Assembly (NCBI GenBank): GCA_036172245.1
Contig: JAYWIR010000013.1
Span: 4,402,001 to 4,466,000 of the forward strand
Source: Raillietiella orientalis
Lineage: Eukaryota
DNA: 64,000 nt
Reading direction: 5' to 3'
The position numbers and the translations under genes are program-made. The notes beneath the pieces are model-generated. The model did no database searches. It was not told the origin of the DNA and worked only from the letters and a program-made list of their open reading frames with translations. Positions within the stretch are counted from its first letter, which is position 1, and the number at the start of each line of letters is the position of its first letter. Positions 39,527 through 50,859 of the stretch are shown piece after piece.

Positions 39527-42500
39527 CTACATCCTTTGCAGGATGCCGGCAAGTTCAAACTGCATGTGTCCCAGATGGGTCCATCTGGCTGCCGTCCTCA
39601 GGAAGCGCAGGGCGTAGCACAAGATGTCCCTATCGTTCGGTCCACCAGTGGCGGTGCTCCAAGCCGCTACAATCCCTCGTAGGCAGCAGAGGGCTGCAAG
39701 GGCTGCGGCAAGCGAAATGGCGTCGCGCACGAAGAGGCGCTTTAAAACGTCTCTGGGAGCGTGCAAGGGTGCACCAACGGCTGTTGCAAAGCGCAACCAC
39801 AGGGGCCGGAGGGCAACACAGTCAACGAGCAGGTGCGGGAGAGTTTCTCGTTCCCCGCACCTGACACAGTTTGGGTCCACAACCCCCCTCGTCCAATGAG
39901 AGCGTCGGGCGTTGCTGGGGAGTCCCCAGTGCAACACCAGAAACGCCGACTCCTGCCACTTTAGGGGGAGGGCCCGAGTATTCCTCAGCACTGGGGGCCA
40001 CTCGAGTTCATCCCGCGGGATGCACAGCAGCTCGCCCCAGCGCAACAGTCCTCTCGGTGGGGAACTTGGGATCGCGGCATCAGCAAGCTGACCCGTGGTC
40101 CAACCACCTTGGTCTTTCTCAGTGTCCCTGATCGTACACCGGACCTCCCACATGGCCGGCTGGCTACTGCCCAGATGTTCCTTGAGGTGGGACAGAGCTG
40201 TGGCAAGGGAGTTCCTCTCAGCCCACGCACTCAAGGCGGGCTGCACGATGATGTCCTGCAGCGAGCGGCTCTTATGATAGGAGTGCAGCATTCGCTGCCG
40301 CAACTCCGGGCTCGCTTCCTCGATCTGGGCCCACGTGCGAAGGCTTTCCTGCAACCAGGAAGTGCCGTTCGCGGGCCGGCAGGAGATCCAGGTGTTCTTC
40401 CTGGTCAGCTTCGCCACTCGTCGAAGAGCCAGTCCGCAGTGGAACAGGTACCGGCGTTTGCGGCGCGCTAGGAAGGTAGACAGTCCCGCGCAGCCGCCGA
40501 CTCGCTGAACCAGGCATCGTGCAGGCTCGCACCAGCTGGCGCTCCACAACTTCGCCACTAGGGCGATTGTTCGGAACTGCAGCTGCAGTTCGAGGCGCTC
40601 CAGCGTGAGGAGGCCAAGGCCCCCATCGCGACGAGGGGCGCACAAGTCCTTCCAACGCGCGCGGGGCCTTCCTCTGCCCCAGATGGCGATTCTGAGGAGG
40701 TCCTTTGTACGTGTTCTCACACCACGGGGTGGGGGACAAACAAAAAGCAAGGAGCGAAACAGGGGGGCCACGAAAGTGTTCCACAGCACGGCCCGTTCCG
40801 GCAAGAAGAACTTGCCATCCAGGAACGGGCCGATCGCTCTTTCGGCCTTTTGGAGGCAGCAAGACCATTGTTCCGCTGGGGAGTAGTCCCCCAACGGCAC
40901 ACCGAGGTACTTAAGGTACCGTACCGCGGGGATCCCCAAGCGAGACCAGTCTAGCTGCCCTGCCCACGAGGAACCGACTGCAACAACGGACGACTTTGCT
41001 CTGTTCACCTCCAGTCCTGTGCCGCGACGCAGCAGCTCGAAAAAGTTTTCGACCGCCGACGCCGGGGTGGACATGGGGAGCAGCAGCAGAAGAACGTCCG
41101 CATACGCCGCCAAGGCCGGTGTACCTGGGCACACGCGCAGCAGGCGACCAAGAGTCTCCCTGAATGCCCTCAGCACCAACTCGAAGTAGGTGCTGAAGAG
41201 CAAGGGGCTCAAGCTATCACCCTGCCGTATCCCGCGGCGCACCGGCACACCGAACACGTTCCTTCCCCTGAAAGAAATGTTGGTCAGCGCGTCGCGCCAG
41301 CAAGAGCGCAGAAAGGCCAATTAGGAGGCCGGGAAGCCCAAGCGCTCCAGAAGCTCCAGCAGGAGCTCCTGGTCGACACTGTCGAATGCTTTCCGCAAAT
41401 CGACAGCGACCGCGAGGGCCCCTTCTCTCTCCCGACTATCCCGCGAACCACCAGCGGACGTCCCGCAAATCGGGCTGCCGACCTTGTTCCCTCCATTCAT
41501 TCTGGTTCTTTGAAGTTCGAACCAGGTGTTCGCGAAGAGCAGGTTGGCGTCCATGCTTCGCCCGGGAACAGCGTAGGTCTGCTCCGGGCTGATGAAGCTT
41601 TCCGCCACCCGCCCCATTCGCTCCGACCATAGCTTCGCAACCAGCTTGGCGTCCGCGTTCAGTACGGTAATCGGACGCCAATTGCTGAGGTTCCGTAAGT
41701 CTCCTCCTTTCGGTAGGAGACGCATACGTGCCGATCGGAAGGAGGCGGGAACGTCTCCTGTCTCCCGGATCAGCAGTGTTAGCCGCTGCACCAGGGGAGC
41801 CAGCTCCGCCGCGAAGCACTGAAAAAACTCCGCGGGCAGGCCGTCTTCCCCCGGTGACTTCCGCCTTTTGAGCTTCCCGATTGCGGTGATGATTTCACCC
41901 ATCGTGAAAGGCTCGTCCGGGCGTACTCTCTCTTCTTCCCCGATCGCCGGGGCACCGTCCGGAAGCAAAAACTGGGAAAATTCCCGGTCCGGAGGCACCC
42001 TGGTGTACAGGGAAGAATAATAGCCGTGCACTAGGCTAGTCACCTCTGCCGGGGCCGAGTGCTCTTGGCCTTCGTCGTCCAGCAGGCTGGGCGACCCCGA
42101 TTGCCAGGCCTGCCGCTCGGCCCCGGCTTTAAATTCCGCCAGTCTTCGGACGTCTGGTGTTTGGGAGTAACGACGGGCCTGCAGGTAAGCCCTATCGTTC
42201 CGAACACCTTCTCCAAATCCTTTCAGGAGACGGTCCATGGGGAACTGTTGGCAGAACTCTCGCACCGAGACCTTCAAATCGTCCCAGTCGTGGAGCGTCT
42301 GCAGGCTGAAACCTCGCAAGAACGCGCGGAGGTGTTCCGCTGCGCCTGGCTTGGTCAGCCAGTCCCCCGGTAGACGCCACGCCTGCGCGGGGGGCCCCCT
42401 GTCGCGCGGGCGAATGACGAGTTCCACACGGGAGTGGTCGGAGACTGCGGACTGTATCTTACCTCGCCTGCCCACGCGACAGCGCAGGTGATCGTCGAGG

Positions 42501-43093
42501 AAGACGTGGTCCACGCTCCGTTCCATCCCCGTATCCCCGAGTAACAAGTTGGATGCGTGCACCACAGCGCACATCTCGTTAACCGGGGTGGCCTCTGTCC
42601 TCGCCGCACCTGATAGCAGGCGAATATTAAAATCGCCGGCTATCAGGTGCGCCGTGCGCGCGCCTGCCTCCGACAGCCAGCCGCGCTTGAACGCACGGAA
42701 AAACGCCGTCCGTGCCACGCGCGCGTGACCGCCGCTCGGCGCGTACACGTTCGTGACGACGAGATTGATGGAGTCGGACCACCTGAAGGTGATTTGCCCG
42801 ACCCGACCTGCCTCATCGAAACGAACTTTCCGCACCGCGCGTTGTAAGGCAGGCTTCAGAAGGAAAGCGACCCCGCGCGGACGGCGGTGCCCGCATCGCC
42901 ACATAAGCTGACCACCTGCTATCCGTTCGATCTCCCGCGCATGTTCTGCGGAAATCTCATGGATCTCCTGCAGCAGCACGAGATCGAAGGCTTGCAAGGT
43001 GGCAGCTATGTCTCGTCTCCTGCCGTCATCGCAAAGCCCGTTCACGTTCCAGCTGGCGATGCGTATTTGACGGCAGGTGGCGAGTCCCGGCAT
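39527..43093 (-). CDS. T ORF2: APE endonuclease + reverse transcriptase + C-terminal CCHC (single in-frame stop at 41321-41323)
   Basis: SWNVNG, LLQE, NVYAP, GDFN, SDH; WRPI, DLRKAFD, QGDSLSP, AYADV, KYLG; CVRC...HLLVDC. ORFs 41321-43093 and 39527-41320 are in the same frame. Confidence 0.95.
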
Positions 43094-44693
43094 TACTGCT
43101 GGGAAAGTGATGCTGAGTCTCCCGCCTCACCTAGGGGCGGGACGCCGGCTTTCTCCTGTGCGGTGGGGGGCGGCTCGACGACCCCCTCCGTCTCCATCGG
43201 CTCCGTCTCGACCGCTCGTGGGAGTTCAGGACTCGTGTCCATCTCTCCCACGCTCGCCGCACCCTCGTTTCCGGAGGATTCCCCTTCCTCGGAGGAGACG
43301 ATCCTCCTCGGGTTACGGATTTTCCTTCCGGTCTTCCTCGGGGGTGCAGATGCGGATGGTGCGTGTCCGGTCTCCGGGTCCGAGTCCGAGGTCCCGGTCC
43401 CCCTCCTCTCGGCCGGACGTCGAACGGCCTTCTTCCCGACCTTTGCGGGAGGCTGCTGACTGGCGGCGAGCTCGGCGGCGGCTTTTACAAAGCCCGCGTC
43501 ATCGCGGCTCTCCCCCTCGCCGCAGCCCTCGGACGCTGTTTGCACAGCGACGGGGCTGTCAGCGTTGTTGCACACGGCAACGTCTTGTTCGCACGGCACT
43601 TCGGCGTCTGCAAGGCGCTCCAGTGCGACCGTGCATTTTTTCAGTCCCTGCTTTTTCGCGGGTTTCGCGGTTTTTGCAGGGACTTTATTTTTATTATTTA
43701 CGTCCTTTTTTTCTTTCTTTTTCTTTGGACTGACCTTTTGCCAGCCAGGCTCTTCTCCTTCCACCTCGGTTACCTGCGTTTCTGCAGACGGGGTGGTCGG
43801 GATGCCGTTTTTGGCTGGCTCCGGGTCAACCGTATTTTCAGAAGGCGGCCTGGTCTTGCCAGGCTTCTTGCTCGCGTTCGTGCCGCTCACGGCAGCAGCC
43901 GGCGCGCGCGAAGTCTTTTTGGGGCACACTTCTTCCGTGTGCCCGATTGCCTCGCACTTGCGGCAGGTGATGTTGGGGCAGCGTTTCTTCACGTGCCCCG
44001 TACCATCACAAAACGCACAGTATTTGGGTTTCCCAGATACCAGATGTCGACAGAATCTCCGTCGACTACTAGTTTATGGGGAACCCCAATGTCCTTATTC
44101 ACAGTCACACGTGCCGCGGCGAGTCCGCTCAGGAGTCCGTCATAAGTACGGAACCTGTTGGGCTTCAGCCACAGCGCGTGTACGGTGCCGAATTTGCTGA
44201 GTTCAGCCCTAACGGCGCTCGGTGACATCCGCACGGTGATTCCACGGAGGTGGACTACTATTGAGTTGTCCACCGGGACAGGAAAGATCTGGCGGCCCTC
44301 GACCCTGACGGGGGTTCGCAGCAGTCTTTGCGCCAACCCTGCTTCTTTGTAGGTCAACTCGACATGCTGTCCCCCGCTGCGGATGGAGAGACCCAGCAGA
44401 TCCTCCTTGTTAACGTTCAACCGGTGGAGCTCCTTCTCGAAGGAGCGCACCACACGGTCATCAAACACCCGGCCTACCTTATACAGCAGACTCGGGTTGT
44501 AGTTGTAGGCCTTGTAGGCCTGGGCCTCGGCGATGGCCGCTGCAGATGGCGCGGCGACCGTGGCGCTGTAGTCCCTCGCCGGCGCGGGGAACGAAGCTTT
44601 CGGGGCAGGTGCCCCTATCTCCATGGGTACGGGGGACGTTCGCCCGGCCCCCACCCCACATTCACTAGTGGCGGGGTCAGGCATTTCTGCCAT
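43093..44693 (-). CDS. T ORF1, gag-like nucleic-acid-binding protein with CCHC knuckles (one frameshift near 44030)
   Basis: ORFs 43989-44807 and 43093-43992 join at DIWYLG/KPKYC. Knuckle CRKCEAIGHTEEVC. Confidence 0.85.
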
Positions 44694-44742
44694 CCCCCGA
44701 CCACTGATGCACCGCACTACACCAATAAAGTCGAGCGAGTCA

Positions 44743-44764
44743 GGAGCGCGCAGAAAACACGTCT
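44743..44764 (-). promoter_or_regulatory. candidate internal Pol II promoter element (DPE-like AGACGTG + fixed-spaced GCTCC), representative copy
   Basis: The same 21-nt pattern occurs at the 5' end of X, Y, Y', N, Q, U and U'. RGWCGTG is the original Drosophila DPE consensus found in LINE promoters. Confidence 0.55.
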
Positions 44765-45478
44765 GACCGTCGGCGCGGCTGGTGTTGCATTGGGGACTCC
44801 TATGCAAAGCACGCCCCTTTCATTGGAATTCCGGAATTGTGGATGCGAATTGTGCAGTGTGTGGGGAACATGAGACCTTCCCTCACCTCAACATTGATTG
44901 TGTCGCCCTTCTACCCATGTGGGATCGACTGTCGACGATTTTGAACATTCCCGGGGGCGACCAAAAAGACATTTTCCGTCGCCTCTTCATGCAGGACTCC
45001 CTGTCAGCAGCTGCGTGTGTAGCAGTCCTCTGCGGCATACGCGGGATCCTGGCAAACTGGGCTACGTCCTACAGACGTCATCACAGGCGAAACGCCATCC
45101 AATGGGCGGCCCTAAACATTCAGAAGGCTTCCCGATTGTCCCGGCTAAGATCATTAGGTTCGGCACTTCTCCGCATCCTGAACAGGATACAGAGTACCTC
45201 TCGGAGTGACCAGTGATCCCATCCCAGCCCTCCCCTCTTACAAAACATTGCCCTTCCCTTGGTTTTGATTTTTGTTTTTTCTGTTTTTGTTTGTGGGATT
45301 CCCTCCCCCTCCGCATCCGCGCAGGATCTCTGCAACTTGTGAACTGGCAGCGGCAAGTGTGTCCAGCCAGGCGGAACCACTTGTTCCGCTCAAAGACTCT
45401 TAGAATAATTTCAAAGACTTTATTATGAAATTTTTATTACATAAAAATTTTAATAATAAATGCCCGGGCAAATCCGGG

Positions 45479-45495
45479 TGATATATATATATATA
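45479..45495. repeat. (TA)n microsatellite at the U / U' head-to-tail junction
   Basis: GGGTG-ATATATATATATATA-CCGGCTGG. Confidence 0.85.
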
Positions 45496-48009
45496 CCGGC
45501 TGGAGCCACAGCCAACGACGGACGTGTTTTCCAAGCGCTCCATCAAGAGAAGGGTTCCTTTGTATCGTGTAATGTGCTTTCGCGGCTGCTGACGAGCAAA
45601 GATGCCTGGAAATGCCGCCTCTAAAGGCAAGGGAGGCGGAAATGCTCCGCTTTCCAAGCCTGCTGAGGTGCGGTCAAGCCCCACCACCCAATCGTCCCCC
45701 GCCGCCCCAGCGAGGGCATGGAGCGCGGTGGCAGCAGCAGAAACGCCGGACGACTCCGCGGAAATTGCGGTCTACATAAAGAAGGGCCATAATCTTGCCC
45801 TTCTGTACAAGGTAGGCAATTTATATTCGCCTCTTTGTCAACAAAATTTGGGGATGTCATCCTTAAGATGGGCATTAAGGAAGAGGAGATTGCGTGCCTC
45901 TCCGTGCGCAGCGGCGGGCAGTTTGCCGAGTTAATCTGCAAAGATGCAGCTCTGACTCACAAACTCCTCTGCACGCCTGTGCAGATGGAGGGTCGCAACA
46001 TCCTTTTCTACACGGTGGACCGTTCTATTGTGATCCACCTAAGGGGAACAACGGTGTGAATGGACGATACGACCATTCGCGCCGAAATTGAAAAATACGC
46101 GGCGATTCCTGCCACGTTACTGAAGCCGAACCCTTTCGGTATTAGAACTGCCTTTAGCGGGCTCGTCGCCGAACGCGTGACCCGTCGCAAGGAATGCAAA
46201 GTTCCCCACAAACTCGAGATCGGCACCAAGTTTGTCGATGTATGGTATGTGGGGAAGCCGAAGGTTTGCGGCATATGTAAGACGTTCGGGCATCTCAAAC
46301 AGAGATGCCCGGACGCATTATGCCCCACGTGCAACTCTAAGGGCCACACCAAAGTGGTGTGCCCAATGAACGTCGCCTCACTGCCGTCAGAATCTTCCCA
46401 GAATATTAAGGAGAAGATTGCTGCTGAAATAAATCGAAATGTAATCGCGGAAAGACCGCCGACCGAAGCAGTCGTGCAGCAAGCAGCGGACTCATTAAAA
46501 GAGAATCCGAAACAGACTGCCGACGAGAAAGGCTGGCAGCTGGTCTCCCGCAAAATTCAATTTATTAAAAAAACCGCGTCCGCCCCTGCGACAATCTCCA
46601 AAGGCAACGCCAAGGCCGCGCCTCAGGAGGTCATGAAGGAATGCCGCGCGAGAATTCGACGCGTCCCGGAGATCGACAACCGCTCCCCTACGAAATACAT
46701 ATGCAATGACGTCACTCCCGCTGAACCCGCTGTCGCGCATGCGCGGACGCCGCGACTAAGTCGCGAATCGAGCGTAAGCAGCGAAGAAGGAGCTTTCAGG
46801 AAAGCCACGGAAGAACTGGTGGCCATGTTCCAGCAGCCACCCAAGGCAGAGGAAAATGACTTGAGTTCCCCGGCTGAGGCAAAAGGACCAGAGTCTAGCG
46901 AGTCCGAAGCCGAAGCCGGCAACGCACCTTCCCTCGATCGTTGAAAGTGCAGGGCAAGACCTAAGGTAGGCAACCCGCGAAGCACAGCTCCTTCTCAGGC
47001 GGAGGAGGGAATGCTCTCGGCAGACGAGAAGGCGAAGTCCGCGAGGTCTCGCAATCCCTCGTTGGAAGCGGTCGTGCCTAAGCAAGGTACATCGCCGTTG
47101 ATCGACGCACAGCCTCCATGCGAGTTTCAAGCCGTCGAAATTAATGTACTTCTCCCGCCTCCTGAACAGGAGGCGGCAATCACCCCATCATATTATACAT
47201 ACACCGTCGCGTGGACTCTGCTGTCTACGGCGCTTGTGCGTAGTCAGCTAAAACGTCAACGGGTTGCGCGAAGTCGGAAAGAGGAGAGCAATAGCCGCCA
47301 TCTTGCGGGATTTCGATCTGGCAAACCTACACAAGACGCACGTGCTCCATGCAGAAGAGACCCAGGAAATTGAAACGATCGCATGAGGGCGGCTCACATG
47401 GCGCAACGGAAATCACCACAACCGCGCTGTGGCGTTATTTATCAAGCCAGCCGTGGATCAGGCGCTGCGCAACGTGCAGTTCGACGGATGGGGTGAAATC
47501 GGTCAGCTTGTGATCAAGTGGTCCGACGCGATCGACCTCGTGATTACGAACTTGTACGCGCCAGGCGATGGGGCCACAGCTCCGCCGAACGCACTGCGTT
47601 CTTTGAAGGTTTGCGGCGAGATTGTCTGGCCGAAACGGACTTTAAAAGGGCACACCGGATTGCAGGGGAATTTAACGTCCGCCTGCTGGCACGTGCGCCC
47701 GGAACACGAGCACAACTGGACAACGATATGTGCGCAGCAATGCAGGCCCGCACCTTGTTTGCCAGTGACGATAAGACTGAGACAAGGATAGACCACGTGT
47801 TCCTTGACAATGATCTGTGCACGCGGGTGAGAAATCGGGGAACATTGCTTTTCGCGTTGTCCGACCACCCACGGCTTGTGATCGAGATGCATATGCAAGA
47901 AAGAGGCCCACCCTCTCGAACGTTGCGTTTGCCAGGGGACTGGTTGCGCCTCGCAGGAGCAGCTGAACACCTACGCGAATTCCTGCGAGGATTGCATCTT
48001 GAGACGCTC
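45495..48009 (+). mobile_element. 5' part of U' (close duplicate of U 34607-about 36915)
   Basis: Near-identical 5' UTR, ORF1 and EN. Truncated at LHLETL by the R 3' end. Confidence 0.9.
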
Positions 48010-48015
48010 ACTTCT

Positions 48016-50859
48016 CAACCGGTTGCGTTGGGGTGTTTATTCTTTCGAATAAAACTAGCGTGGGTGGCTGACCTGGTGATCCAGCCACGCACTGGTACAA
48101 AAAATTAAGCCTGCTGGGTCACCGGTTCGCATTCCGGTACGATCCACTACGACAGCAGAAGAAGCAAGGACAAAACAAAACATTCAACAAAAAAAAGAAA
48201 TATATAAAAAAAAGATCTGCGGGGCCAGGGAAGGGATCACAGTCTGCTGTGGGGCCGTTGCATCGTTTGCAGGATTCCGGCAAGCAGTTTTTGGACTGTT
48301 GAATACAGATGGGTCCATCCTGTCGCCGTCCGCATAAATTCGGCTGCGCACTGGATGACACCCTTATCGTGAGGTCCTCCTGTTGCCTTGTTCCATGCAG
48401 CGACGATCCCACGGAAGCAGCACAGAGCTGCTAACGAGGCCGATGGCCGAAGAGCGTCGCAAACGAAGAGGGATCTAACTGCTTCTCTATGGTTGCCACA
48501 GGGGATACCGATTGCCGCGGAAAAAGGGTTCCAAAGGGGTCGAACAGGCAAACAATCCAAAAGGTGGTGAGAGAAGGACTCCCGTTCTCCGCACCTCGCA
48601 CAATTAGGGCTCACCGCTCTCCAGGTCCAATGGTGTCGGCGGGCGTTGCAGGGGAGTCCTCGATGCAGCAACAATAGCGCCGACTCCAGCCATTTTAAGG
48701 GGAGGGTGGAGGTGTTCATCAGCACCGGGGGACACTTTAATTGTTCCCGAGGAACATTAAACAGCTCGCCCCAGCTCAAAAGTCCATTAGGGGTGGTAAT
48801 CCGGGCCGCAGTATCGCAGAGAATTCCCGTTTTTCATTCTTCGATCTTTTTCTCTGTACCGGAGATTTTAGTATACACATCCCATGCTGCAGCGGTGTTG
48901 CCGTCCAAATGTTTCGCGAACGAAAACAGCATTGCAGTGAGGGGAGTTCTTCTTGACCACGCTTGTTTTTGGGGGTTCTCCAAGACCTCCCAGAGCGTCA
49001 GGCGGTCATCACGGGCGAAGAATTGTCTTTGCCATTCTTGGGTGCGTTCCTGGTTGCTCCTTGCCCACGTCTGAACCGTTTCCTTTAGTCATGCAGATTT
49101 GTTAACAAGGCGACAGCAGAGTCATCCTGCGTTCTTCCTCAACAGGTCAGCCACTCTCCGCAGCTGCACCCAGCAGTGACCAACTTGGCGGCGACGACGG
49201 AACGCAAGGGAGGATTACAGTCCCACCTTGCCTGTAGCCTGCTCGATGAGGAGACGTGCGGGCTCGCACCAACTGTTATTCCAATATTTCGCCACTAGGG
49301 CGAGTAACCGAAACTGGAGCTGAGCTCCAGCCGCTCTAGCGTCAGGAGGCCGAGACCGCCGTCCCTACGCGGAACGCTCAAGTCCTCAAGCCGGACTCGG
49401 GCCCTCCAACTACACCACAGGGCAATCCTTAGGAGGTCCTTCGTCCGCTTTTTAGTCTCTGTGGTCAAAAGGCAAACACAAAGTAGTGAACGGGGTAGGG
49501 GGGCCGCGCACGCATTCCACACCGCATCCCGTTCCGGCAGGAATCACCTGCGGCGTTGGAACGAGCCGATCGCCATCCCTACCTTCTGAAGGCAGCTGGA
49601 CTACGCATTGGAAGGAAGATAATCTCCCATCAGTACACCGAGGTAATTGAAGTACCGTACCGTGGGGATCCCCAAACGGACCCAGTCCGGCTGCCCTGCC
49701 CACGCTGCAACGATTGGCATGACGGACGACTTCGCCCTGTTCACCTCAAGTCCGGTTCCCCGACATAGCAGATCGAACAACTCCTCAACAGTTGATGCCG
49801 GGGTGGAAATAGGGAGAAGCAGCAGAAGGTCGTACGCATATGCTGACACCGCGGGCGTACCAAGATAGTCGCGCGGCAGGTGCGCTAGTGTTTCTCTGTA
49901 CGCTCTCAGTACCAACTCGAAGTAGGTACTGAAGAGCAAGGGAATCAAACTGTCTCAATGCCGTATGCCGCGTCGCACCGGTACGCCGTGCATGGTGTGT
50001 CCACTGGAAAGGATCTGGATGAGCGCGTAGCACTAGCAGGATCGCAGGTAGGTCAGCAAAGAGACCGAAAAGCCCAAGCGTTCCAAGAGCTCCAGCAGGA
50101 GACTGGTCGACACAGTCGAATGCTTTATGCAAATCGACAACGCCTGCGAGGGCTCCCTCCCCCCCAAACATTAGTTTTCTAGCGGCGGACATTCCGGAAG
50201 TTCGGTTGCTTATCCTGACTCTTTTCTGTTGGAGCGCGAGAAAGGTGCTGGCGAGGAACAGGTTGAAATCCATGCAACGCCCGGAAAGAGCATATTTCTG
50301 CTCTGGGCTGATGAAACTTTCCGCTAACCGCCTCAGGCATTCAGCCCACAATTTTGCCAGCAACTTGGCGTCCGCGTTTATCACGGTAATCGGTTGCCAG
50401 CTGCTCATGCTCCGAAGGTCTCCTCCCTTAGGGTGAAGACGCACCTTTGCCGAACGAAACGAGGCGGGGACGTCGCCCGTTTCGCGAATCAGCAAGGTGG
50501 GTTTCTTTACAAGAAGAGTGAGCTCTGCCGCGAAACATTGAAAAAATTCCGCTGGCAGGCCGTCCTCCCCAGGAACCTTCCGCCTCTTAAGCTTTCCGAT
50601 GGCTGAGATGATCTCGCCTATCGTGATAGGCTCGTCGAGTGTCTTTCTATCTTCCTCCACGATCACCGGAGCGCCTTCCGGAAGAAGAAGTCGCGAGGCA
50701 TCCTGATCTGGGGGTATTCTGGCGTAGAGGGAGGAATAAAACCTTCGTACGAGGTGCCTGATCGAGGGTGGGGCAGAGCGCTCCCGACCCTGGTCGTCCA
50801 GCAGGCTAACCGACCCGGACTGCCAGGCTTGACGCTCGGAGCCTGCTCGATGTTTCAGC
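48016..50859 (-). mobile_element. 3' part of LINE 'R' (post-EN linker, RT, CCHC, 3' UTR)
   Basis: KVPGEDGLPAEF, DLHKAFD, AYAYD and PNCARCGERESFSHHLLDC. Terminal motif at about 48016-48041 (rc). Confidence 0.85.

Larger units (their letters stand above)
39281..44768 (-). mobile_element. full-length (about 5.5 kb), nearly intact L1/Tx1-like LINE 'T'
   Basis: 5' motif, ORF1, ORF2, 3' UTR and terminal hairpin are all present. Degenerate TSD GTCGCGCTGCT (39270-39280) / GTCGGCGCGGCT (44769-44780). Confidence 0.95.
34607..45479 (+). mobile_element. full-length decayed LINE 'U', split by nested T (segments 34607-39280 and 44769-45479)
   Basis: ORF1 knuckles CGICKTFGHLKQRC and CPTCNSKGHTKVVC; RT motifs WRPITIVN, QGDSLSP and AYADD. 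Reading stops at WQES before T and resumes ARLVLHWG...CAVC...HLNIDC after T. Terminus AATAAA-TG-CCCGG-GCAAAT-CCGGG. Confidence 0.85.

Noticed and set aside
35854..47386. Shared TGA codons as evidence for an alternative genetic code
   Set aside because: The nearly intact T ORF2 has no in-frame TGA and other copies have scattered stops of all kinds. Shared ancestry explains it.
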